A stretch of 64,000 bases of DNA from Akkermansia sp. GTDB taxonomy: Bacteria > Verrucomicrobiota > Verrucomicrobiia > Verrucomicrobiales > Akkermansiaceae. Location of the stretch: contig JAZNLU010000044.1 in assembly GCA_045579245.1 (NCBI GenBank), positions 1,243 through 65,242 of the forward strand, given 5' to 3'. Under the pieces are notes generated by a model. The model had not been told where the DNA came from. It did no database searches and saw only the letters and a program-made list of their open reading frames with translations. Made by a program: the position numbers and the translations under genes. Below are positions 38,018 to 48,700 of the stretch, piece after piece; positions within the stretch are counted from its first letter, which is position 1, and every line of letters begins with the position of its first letter.

Positions 38018-39036
38018 TCAGGTGGTATAGTTGGGGCTTACCGGCAAAGGTGCATCCACCGGGGTGGTGATGGCTTGGGCGATGACATCATACACGGTCA
38101 TCTTGGACTCGCCGCTATGGGATGCGTCGACGCCCGAGGTGCTGCCATTGCATGAGCGAAGTGCTTCTACAAACGAAAGCCGATATGAGAGGAACGATTT
38201 GGAAGATACATTCTTGCGCTTACCTTGCAGGGCGGTGCGCTCGATATCAAGATGAACGATGCCGCTGCTCTTCAACATCGCGGTAAATTCGGTGGAGAGG
38301 CTGGTGTCTCTCCGACCGTAACGACGAGCCATGTGAGGGAATACATATTCCTCCTGTTCGCCCTGCTCTGCCCGGATTACAAGGAGGCGCTCGCGCAGAA
38401 TTGCATGCATGGGGATTTTCTTATCCCTGCCGGCCTTGCCGGTGCTAAATACCAGGTAGTCCTCTGCGAAGTTTATGCATTTCCGTCGGAGCATGCAGAT
38501 ATCGCCTATTCCCTGTCCACCTGTCATAAAAGAGATAAGCACCATGTGACACCACGGGGCGGGAAATGTGTTTATCATCAAGCGCAATTCGTCCACGGTA
38601 AACGGCTGACGCTTTACCACGTCCGCCCCCAGTTCGGGATTTACTGATATGGCTTCCTTTGCCAGATTGATTCTTGGCATAGGCGAACGCAATATCAAAT
38701 CATCTTCTACAGCTCTATTGAAAGCGGCGGCGGTTGCTCTCTATTTTTTGCTCCCGCTTGCGGGGCGAATTCTTCCAGATATTCCGCTACGCTAGGCATC
38801 TTTCCCGCCGCCCCCATAGCGCGCCCCGCGCTTCTGATGGCATCCACGGCGGCGGCGATGCTACACGCGCCGCGCGATGTCTGTTCTATCAACGCCGCCG
38901 CTTGTCTGGCAAGCTGTTTGTTCACGCGCCCCGCTTCCCCTGTTTCTACTCGTATTTTGAGTGCTTTCTGTACCGTTCGCCCGTCCTGTTTGTAGACGGC
39001 GTACCACATGCCGCCGCGTTTTGTAATACCTGCCAT
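38018..39036 (-). pseudogene. Tyrosine recombinase/integrase, split and degenerate
   Basis: The N-terminal ORF 38707..39036 (MAGITKRGGMWYAVYKQDGRTVQK...PSVAEYLEEF) looks like an arm-binding domain plus the start of the core-binding domain. The C-terminal ORF 38018..38698 is in a different frame, has only a TTG start, and carries the catalytic-domain layout (…TGGQGIGDICML…STGKAGRDKKIPMH…SYRLSFVEAL…SHSGES.MTVYD). The core-binding domain is much too short. The box I Arg appears replaced (Q) and the box II His is not evident. Confidence 0.65.
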
Positions 39037-39237
39037 AATTCAAGCGTTGATTATGAGGTTATTAGACTGCAACCCGTTAGGATTCAGCGCGCGCTTTATT
39101 TCTGCTTTTTCCGCCTGAAAAGCGGCAAAAAGCCCATGATTGGCGGATTTCCCCGTATTATGCAGTCGCCGCACGCCGCCGCACGCCGTCAATTCTGTTT
39201 TGTGTGTTTTCACATATGTTTCATTTTGAGTAGATTA

Positions 39238-39297
39238 GACTACAACCCGACTACAACCCGACTGCAACCCGACTGCAACCCATTTTGCAACCCGACC
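39238..39297. repeat. 11-bp tandem repeat GACTRCAACCC x4 plus a partial fifth; a related 16-mer lies at 39061-39076
   Basis: The units are gactacaaccc (39238-48), gactacaaccc (39249-59), gactgcaaccc (39260-70) and gactgcaaccc (39271-81), then tgcaacccgac (39286-96). ATTAGACTGCAACCCG at 39061-39076 matches ATTAGACTACAACCCG at 39234-39249. Confidence 0.85.
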
Positions 39298-39344
39298 TGT
39301 TGGCAACAGTAACGAACAGAGAGAAGAAAAGCTAGCAAAATCAA

Positions 39345-39369
39345 CAAAAAAGCCGCCCAGTTGGCGGCT
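39345..39369 (-). terminator. Rho-independent terminator of the tRNA-Phe/tRNA-Pro unit
   Basis: On the minus strand: AGCCGCC-aactg-GGCGGCT followed by TTTTTTG, 19 nt after the tRNA-Pro 3' end. Confidence 0.7.
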
Positions 39370-39387
39370 GTTGGGGGTGTTTTTCAG

Positions 39388-39461
39388 TCGGGGCGACAGG
39401 ATTCGAACCTGCGACATCCAGCTCCCAAAGCTGGCGCTCTACCAGGCTGAGCTACGCCCCG
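39388..39461 (-). tRNA. tRNA-Pro (anticodon UGG)
   Basis: Hand-folded as CGGGGCG-TA-GCTC-AGCCTGGTA-GAGC-G-CCAGC-TTTGGGA-GCTGG-ATGTC-GCAGG-TTCGAAT-CCTGT-CGCCCCG-A. It has the C1:G72 pair and G37 typical of bacterial tRNA-Pro. CCA is not encoded. Confidence 0.9.
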
Positions 39462-39499
39462 GTTACGGTGAAATACCGTCAAAATTTTGGCAAAAAAAA

Positions 39500-39575
<76 letters not shown>

Positions 39576-39721
39576 ACTTAAGCTTCCCGCTTTGAGCGGG
39601 GTGCGGACAGATAATACTCCTTTTTCACCTGTTTTGCAAGTAAAAAATGCATAAAAATTAAATTTTCATTAAAAAAACACGATTTTCCCGGTATACCAGG
39701 GCGAAGAAATGAATAAACGAG

Positions 39722-39761
39722 ATAAAAAGACCCGCAGCTGCCGAAAAAACGGAGCTGCGGG
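39722..39761 (-). terminator. Rho-independent terminator of giant gene 39793..48705
   Basis: On the minus strand: CCCGCAGC-tccgttttttcggca-GCTGCGGG followed by TCTTTTTATC, about 30 nt after the stop codon. Confidence 0.65.
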
Positions 39762-39792
39762 AAATGCAGATAATGCTTGTTAGGCTCAGGGC

Positions 39793-42700
39793 TTATTTCC
39801 TGCGGCGGCGGCTGAGGAGGCCGGCAAGAGCCAGCAGGCTCAGGGTTGCCGTTGTCGGTTCCGGCACAGCCATGGTGATGGACAGGGTACCGCCGGCGGC
39901 GGAATCCTTATCCACGGTGAAGGTCAGCATATAATTCGAGCTGATATTCTGGAAATAAGTAGAGGCCAGGATGCTGTTGTCTGTGTTGGAAAGCACCTGA
40001 TACTCGGACTCCGAAGTGGCAAGGCGGAGGGTATCCACCCCGCTGAAGAGCGTATGGCTTTCCCCGGCTGACAGTGTATTGACGCGGGCAAGGGTGGTTT
40101 CATCGAGTGTCAGTCCTTGTTGCAGCGTCAGTGTGCTGCCAAGCTGTACGCCGCCCTGAGCTACTTTAAGCGTGGAGCCGCTTTCCAGGGTCAGGTTGGC
40201 ATTCAGGCGAGCCCCGGCGGCAAACTCAGCCTTAGAGCTTACGCGTATCTCAGCTTCCTGCGCTTCAAGGAGCTCAGTGCCGGTATAGGCAGACACGGCG
40301 TGGGATTCACCCACCACCAATTCATCCAGCTGCAGAGCTGTGGCCGCCTGCAATACGGTCAAATCACCGGCAGAGGCATACACATCCGTAAGGCTGTTGT
40401 CGGCATGGCTCACCGTCAGCTTACCGCTGCCGGCATTCTCCACAGAGGAATTGACCAGCCTGTTGGCAAGGAGCGTGTCATTCTCCGATGTATGGCGAGC
40501 GTGACCGTTCGTCAGGGTATAGGCCGTGCTTCCCACGGAGTAATTCGTCTCCTGGGTGCTTGACAGGGTGGCGGTTCCGGTGGTCGAGCGATTGGAGAAC
40601 TCCATGCCGGGCATGATGACGGCGGCGTTCTTGCTCAGGTTCACTTTGGAATCAGTGGAAAGCTTGATTACTTTGGTGCCGGACAAATCCAACTGTGCGT
40701 TTTCTCCCACGTTGAGAGAAGCCTTTCCGTAGGCCATCAGATTGTTGACTTGCACCGCCAGACGGCTTCCGGCAGCCACATCGATGGAGCCTTCCGTGTC
40801 TGCCAGACCTTTTTCCGTGTTCACATAGTTCAGATGCACGTCGTCCAAGGAACGGAATGTTGCATTCGCATTTTCAGCGGTGGCAAGCGAGCCTTTGATA
40901 TAGAAAGCCCCGTAAGAGGTTCTATTCACGGTGGCCTTATCCTGCAGCACCAGAGCAGCACCATCGTTTATCTGCACGCGGGAATTGCCGGTAACAGTCA
41001 GGGTCTTGCCCTCGGTCACCGTCATTGTCCCGCCGATACACGGCCCGGTGAGAGCCCAGTCTCCGGTGTCGCCTCGGTTGGCATTCAAGGTCACATTACC
41101 CAGAATATCGAAATTACCGTTAAACGTGGCATTCTGCGTTACTGAGAGCGAGCCTCCGCTGAATGAACCACCGCCGATTTCCGCACTCTTGGCGAACGTT
41201 ACCGAGCCGGCCTTCAGGGTCAGATTGCCCAGCTGAGCATCCTCATTGAACTGCACTGTCACCCCTTTTTCCTGATAGAAGCCGCCGAGATTCACGGCTC
41301 CGTTGAACTTCACGGTGCCGCTGCCCCGGCTGTCGTAGACACCGGCACCGGTGACTGTACCGGTAAAGGTGAAATCAGAGCCGCCATTGGCATGGAGCTC
41401 AGACGTGCCGTCCAGCACCAGATTAGCGCCCCAGGTAGCGGTGGTGTTGCCGGAGAACTGAACATTCACCCCGTCTGCCAAACGCAGCATTGACCCGACA
41501 ACAGCACCGTTCAGCGTCATGGTGCCCTTGCGCACATAGGCCTCACCCGTGAACGCACTGCCCAGCTGCAGGGTTGCCGCATACGAGTCGTCAAACGCCA
41601 CGGACACTGTGCCGGAGCCGTTCACATGGGTTGCAGAGAGGGAGGAAAGCTTATCTTCCAGCGTCAGCACCGCCTTGGCTCCCACATGCACGAAATCACT
41701 GACTGCAGCCAGCTGCGCGGATGTCATATTCAAGGCAGAGCCCTCACCCATTCTCACGGAAGCAAGCTGAGCCGTGGCACCGCTCAGGCGCAGGTTCACC
41801 CCGTTATCCACGGTCAGCTTGTCGGCTGTGACCCCCTCAGCCACGGTAATATCCGCATCCGAGGCAAAAGCCACATCACTTCCAGCGGTGAATGAAATAT
41901 TATCCCCCACGCAGCCTTCCGTGTCATTCCAGTTGGCAGAGCTGGTATCCCACACGCCGGTGGCACCGCCGTTCCAGACCGTGCGCCCGGCAACGATGAA
42001 TGAAAGCCAGGCTGCGCCGTCCGACACACTCAGGCTCGCGCCATCCAGCCCATCAACCATCTTGCCACCGATGTATATATTCCCGGCCATATTTTCCCAA
42101 TCAAGCGTTACGCCTTCCGCCAGATTGAAGATGCGGTATTTGCCGGATTGCTCAAGATTGCCCAGCTGAATCTGGGCATAGGAAGCCACCTCCATGTCGC
42201 ACCCCAGATTAACACCGCCCAGCGTCACAAAGTCTGCTGCGGACAGGTCAAGGATAGCATTGTTTTTCAACGAGAGGCTGTGAATATTCTCCAGAGATTC
42301 CAAGCCGTAGGCGCGCAATTCCAACTCTGCAAATTCGGTCTCCCCGGAGGCACCGATAATCACGTCTCCCGCGCCCAGCGCCCCGGCACTCTCCGCACGG
42401 ACAAGCCCCCGCTCCAGGGTCAGGCCGCCGGTGAACGTGTTATCGCCGCGCAGAATCACCCCGTTGGTATTGTTCACGACAAGGCTGAGCGGATTCTCGC
42501 CATCGCTGATATCAGCCCCGATGGCAAAGATATGACTGACCTGCTGCAGATGCAGCGTCCCGGAGCCGGAAATGCGCCCCTGCACAGATGAACCGTTTCC
42601 TCTGGATGAGCCTTTGATAATAGCACCATCCGTCACCCGGATATCTGCGTTCGCATAGCCGTTGGAGGCACCGCTTTCCAGCTGAAGAGTCCCGCTCAGA

Positions 42701-45700
42701 TTAATACGCTCGGCATTCAGGGAACCGCTGTTTGCCAGCAGCAGTACCGCGCCGGAATTGACCGTCAGGGTGCCGGCCGTGTGAACTTTCCCGGTGAAGG
42801 CAAGCTTACCCTCATCCACCACGTAGTTCTCCAGCACGGCGGAGGAAGAGGAATCCACCTCAACCGTGCCGCTGCCGGTCTGGGTGATGGTGTAGCCGTT
42901 CTGAGCCAATGCAGAGTACAGCTTGGCTGTTCCGCTGAAAACATTCAGCTCCATATCGGCTTTCTGCGTCAGCGTTCCGTTGAGGGCACCGCCGACCATC
43001 TGCACAGAACCGCCCTCAGCAATGATATTGCCAAAATACGAGTCGTTACCCTGTGAATAGCAACCACCGGAAGCGATGATGAGATTCTCTGCATACACCG
43101 CCTTTGCTCCGGCACTTCCCCACGTACCGTTGCGGATATACAGCGTATCCAGGCCCTGAATGTTCGGTGTACCGCTGCCGGCCCAGTCAATCACCAGCGT
43201 TCCCTTGCCGCTTACCGTCCCGTTCGTCTCGTTCAGAATGGACGTATCCTTCACCACCAGCTGCCCGGCATTGATGACCGTATCCCCGGTCACCTTGACC
43301 CCGTTTATCAGCGTGGTGGTGCCGGTACCGTTCTGCTGCAGAGCTCCGATAGTGGCATAACCACCCCAGCTGGCCAGGCTGTAATCCTTTGAGGAGTTGA
43401 ACACAGCTCTGTCAACAGAAACGTCATTCTCCGTATATACCGCTTTATTGACAGCCGTATCATCAAAGACTGCGGTCGTGTAAGAGCCTACTGCCGCCGA
43501 CTGAGCACCAAAGCGTGTAGAGGACCAGGAATCTTCCCCGAAGTTCGTGTTACCATTCCAGATGAGGCATCCCTCCCTGGCAGAGAAAATCACCTGCAGG
43601 GAATCAGCGTTGTTGGTAAAGGAGGCCGTCAGATAATCCACACCGCTCGCAGTTGTCTTGCCGGAGAGCGCGGACCAATTGCCCGTGGCCAGTGTATAGG
43701 CTGTTCCCGTTTGGAGCGCGTAGGAATGGTCAAAGCGGATGGTCTGCTCTGTCACATTGCCGAGACTCAGCCCGCCGCTCAGATTCAGCAGAGCCGTGGA
43801 GCCAAGAGCGCGGGAATCAAAGCTGATAACACCACCGTTAAGCACAAGTGCCGAGCGGAACTCTGCCTGTGCACCCGAATTTTCCGAGGAGAGAACACTG
43901 AGGGTGCGGCCGCTCTCCAGTGCAAAGCTGTCATTTATCTTCAGCGCTGCACCCTGCGCCACCGCCACATCTCCCAGCGAACGGAATCCGGCAGACTCAA
44001 TGTTGAGATTACCGCTGAGAGCCGACACATCATTCACCACGATGGAAGAACCGTTGAGCGTCTGCGTGCCGGAGCCCTTCATCACCAGACTGAGGGCGGC
44101 ATCATCCTTATCCTCCGTTGAGCCAATGGTGCCGCTGTAGGTGTAGTTACCGCTTCCGGTGAACGAGAGCGAAGCACTGCGGGTAGAGACAGGAATGACA
44201 GTCTGTGCAGAATCCGCCGGGGCTGCACCTGCCATCACATGGCTGTAAGCATTACCGTTCAGCCCGCCGATATTGACATTGGCGGCGTTCACCGCCAGCG
44301 TGGCAGGAGAAGCCTCTCCCGAGCCATTCAGATTGACCGTCGCTCCGGTGACGGCATTCTCCCCGTTTATCTCCAGATAGGCCTGATAGGCGCGGTCTTT
44401 ATTGCTGAAGGAACGGTTCATGTTAATCGTTCCGGAGAATCCGCCGTCCCCACCGAGCAGCACGCGCGCTGTCGAAGAGTGATTGGTATCCGAATTCCAG
44501 TTCAGGGTTCCGGCGCCGGTCAGTTTATCCACCTGCCAGATGGTGTTCCAGGTTTTGTCCTCCAGAGCAAGCGTCCTGCCGCTGTCCAGGTTGACATGGT
44601 TAAAATGCTTCAACATGTCCGTGGCGGAGCCACCACTGTGGAACTTAGTGTCAGCGGCAATATTGACTGTCCCGCCGATATGCTGTTCCGCCGTGGTGTT
44701 CAGGTGCAGGGAAGAAGCGGCAAAGTCAATCGTGCCCCCGCCGATGTTATTCTCCACGCCGGAGAGGTGCAGATGGTAGCCGGAGACAGTAGCGCGCCCT
44801 CCAGCATCCACACTCAGGCTGCCGGTCAGCTCCGTGCCGTTATCCGTTGCCTCAGAACCGGTGAGCAGGGTCGCACCGTCTGCCAGCACAACCGCACCAT
44901 GAGTTTTGCGCACCACATTGTCTTTCGTTTTAAGATCATCCTTCGTCCCCAGATTCAGGACGGCACCGGATTCCACACGGGTCGTCCCCATTGCAGAAAG
45001 CGCATTGTCCGCCGCCAGTACCAGAGAACCTTCCTGCACCGACAGCTGCTTCCACTCGTTATCGGAAGCCCCCAGCACCATATCAACAGCACCCTTCTTC
45101 ACCACCTGCCCCAGTTGCAGCGTCCCCATCTGGGTCAGTTTATCACTCATCTCCAGCACCAGAGTACTGTCAGAATCTCCCCGCACCATGCCGCCGCTCT
45201 GCACAGACAGATGACGGAGCGTCTGGGTCGTGCTGCCCAAATCAAGAATACCGCCGGCCTGCACCGTCACAGAGGAAGCACCATTCAGCGTATTGTCAGC
45301 AGTAAAACCGAGTGTCACATCTCCGGAGAGCCCGTCTCTGTGCCCCATCACCGTGACTGCCCCGGTAACAGAGCCGGCACCGTTGAGAATGACTGTTCCG
45401 CCGGAGCCGCCCTGCCCATCTACCACCACATCATGCCCGGCCGCCAGCGCGGAATTGACCGTGAGCACAGCACCCTCCATCGAGCTGAACCGATAACTCT
45501 GCCCCGCCGCAAGCGTGATTCCACCGTCATAAGTCGTATCCCGGGAAGCACCGAGAGCCAGCGAGCCATACTTGCTCATGTCTATCGCATCGGAGGCAAA
45601 GCCCTCCAGCAGAGCCACACCTTCCGAATCCCCGGTCACATTGTTAAGGGCAGAAGCAGAGGAAACTTGAATACCGTTGCCGTATGTAAGTCCCACCACG

Positions 45701-48700
45701 GCACCACCCAGAGCCCCCTCTTCATAGGTAAGCCTGATACCGGTGCTGTTAAAGGTGATACTGCCGTCCAATTGGTTGGCGGTATTGGCCAGGTGCACCA
45801 CACCGCTTGCCTCACTACCACCGCCCAGCAATAAATCGTAAGAACCGCTGAGCACATAATTCACGACCAGTTTACCGCCGCCGCCGCCCAGACGCCACGC
45901 ACCATCCACAGCCTGAAGCGCTTCGCTCGTCCCCGCCGTTCCGTATTGCACGGTTGTTCCGGCTTCCGCGCCCAGATACAGCCCCGTGTGGCGGCTGATA
46001 TCCAGTTGTTGATTCGTGTCTGCCGACAGCGCCAGCGTGCCAACGGATGAGGTGTCGATGCGGTTGAGCAATTCCTGCCCGCTTTCCGCATGGGAGGCAA
46101 TCCAGCCATTTTCGCCAATCACCCATTTATTGGCAGACGTATCACCCAGAGAGGCAGCCGTCTCGCCGATAAGACCGCCGTTGACAACGGATTTCTTGCC
46201 GGAGAAGGTGTTGTCACCTGACAGCGTGAGCGAAATATCGGCATTTCCCAGATTCACGCTGACGTTGCCCTCGCCGGAGATATCGCCGGCATAGGTCGCA
46301 TCAGCCGTGACCCCTTTGCCGTATTCCACCAGCATATCAGCACCGGCTGCCAGCGATACATCACCCTTCAGCCCGTGATACGCAGAGATGGCATCCGTGC
46401 TCTCCGGGCGCTCACCGCCTTCGATATACTCCATCTTGTGCTGCACGCTCTCGCGCATCACAAAAGTGCCGCCGCTCTCCACGGAGACATCTCCGGTAAG
46501 TCTGGCGTGGCTGCCCAGCTCAAACACGGCATCTTTCTTCACCGTCACATCAGAGGTCGCATCCGCATAGTGCCAGTCCTGCTCATTGAAATAACGCTCA
46601 GCGCTTCTACCGGTGGCAGAGCCGAGACCGTGCACAGTATTTGTTCCCTGCAGGACAAGCGTACCGCTGTTGACCACCATACCGCTTCCGGCACTGCGGA
46701 GCTCCGTAAACACACTGTTGAGCGTCAGCTTACTATCCGTGCCGCCGTCATACACAAATTTCAGCACAGCAGTGTCACCGTCATCCCGGAAGGAGCCCAG
46801 AAAGGTCTGCTCACCGCCCTGCGTCCAGGTCAGCGTGGTCTCAGAATTTTCTTTCATGTTGGCAATGACGGCATTTTCATCCAGCGCATGGATGGTGAAC
46901 CCGTCAGCCGCCGCATTGTTGTCATTATTCCAGGTCATGCTGTTACCGTTCATGTCCAGCACACCGCCTTCATGCCCGAAAGTAAAGTCCCGTGCAATCT
47001 GGTTCTTGTCGGCAATCACAACGGTGGCATGTGTATTAGCCAGCACATTGTAGGCAGCATAACCATTGTCACGGTTCAGATAAGTTGCCCCGCGACCGCC
47101 CACGTTCAGCAGAACCAGGTTGTTCCCGCTACCCTCAATATACAGAGCCCCCTCACCCGTCTTGCGCCATTCATACACATGATTGGCAGAACCGGTCAGC
47201 GTGCTGTGCACCTCCACCCCGGCATCAATCACATAACCGGCATGGTTGAACTGGTGGCTCCCGTCTCCGCCGGAAGAGATATTGAAACGGGCACTCGTCA
47301 TGTTGTCCCCCAGGCTGAACTGCGCATAGCCTATACCCAGATCAACCGTGGCATCCAGCACCACATCCGTCGTGGCAGCCCCTGCCTTGAATACCAGGTT
47401 CTCCGTCAGGAACAGGTCTGCATACGTCAGTCCCTTGCCGTCTGTTGCATTCTTTCCCTCAATATACGGAGCCGCATTCAGATAGGTATTGTCGTAGGCA
47501 TACCAATTATCCTTGTCTATGACGTCAGAAAGGTCCTTCCATGTATCCGTTCCATTCTTCACCCCGACAAAGCTCTGCACCACGTTGCCGGAGGCATCTG
47601 TTACCTTACCGCGCCACGGCGTTGAGCTGACCGTCTGCCCCATGCCGTAGTTAAAGGCAACGTTATCGGCACTCACCACTGTTCCGGCCTCATTCACCGC
47701 CCCGATATGCAGGACATTGGACTCAGAGCTCACCACCTTATCATAATCATTCAGCACCTTGTCCACATAGCTGACCGCACCCCAGGTGAAAGTTGTGTTG
47801 GTGGTAATATATGCCACGGCTCCCACATATTCATATTGGGCGGTCTTTTCATTGTAGACCAGAATCGGGCTGCCGGAATCACCGCCCTGAGCGGAAAAGG
47901 GCAACGGTTCAGAGGAAGAGACGGAATAGTAGCCCTCCGTGGTAAACGTTGTCTTGATGATATCACCCACGCCGTCTTTACCGCCGGCGGATGTAGAATC
48001 CACACGGTCTACGCCGCCGATGATGTACACATAAGCCCCGCAGAGGCCGCTCGTCTGTCCGCTTGCCGTATCGTACAAGCCCATGCTGCCGGCACCGGCA
48101 TGATATAAGAGCTCTCCCTGCACATACTCCCGCATCTCTGCTGATGTACCGGAGAAAAGCGTCGCGGTTTCCACATCCGTAATCAGCTTGCTCATGCGCG
48201 TTACCTTGTGGTCAAACCCACCGTCGTTACGGTTATCATAACCGCCGTTGGGAGAATTCAGGAATGTAGCACTGTTATCCACGCGGTACTCTATCCCCTG
48301 GTAAAAGAGGGCATTCTCCGCACCGATGTAATTCGCGGTGAATCCGCCTTGTGTCACGCCGTTGTGCTGCACCGACACCGTGGCATTGTGTCCCAGAGCC
48401 AAGAAAGCACCATCGCGGGTCGTCCCCGTAAAATTGGCCATCTCATGCGGCAATACAAAATCAGCCTGACCGCCGGAATACACCAGCGCGACCCCCCCGG
48501 CCTCGCTCCGCAGATGCTTCAGCAGCGCATTGGCCGTATCATCTGTCTTGTAGCGGCCCAGATTCTGCCCGAAGTCAGCATAGGTCACAAAAGAGACATC
48601 GCTGTTCATGACGGCGGCATCAAGCGTGCCGCTGCCAAGCGTGGCAACCGACATAACAACAAGTGACAGAAAACGACGAAGCGGAAGTGGGAGGTGCAGT

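Larger units (their letters stand above)
16777..39383. mobile_element. Integrated accessory/defence island, probably immobilised (decayed integrase next to the tRNA-Pro terminator)
   Basis: Gene content is exclusively accessory and composition is patchy. A tyrosine-integrase remnant with tandem repeats sits at the tRNA-proximal end. The boundaries are approximate and anchored on a shared 11-mer GGGGGTGTTTT (16777-16787 and 39373-39383). Confidence 0.5.

Noticed and set aside
39235-39417. A 60-aa minus ORF spanning the tandem repeats and tRNA-Pro
   Set aside because: It overlaps a well-folded tRNA and its terminator and is an artefact.
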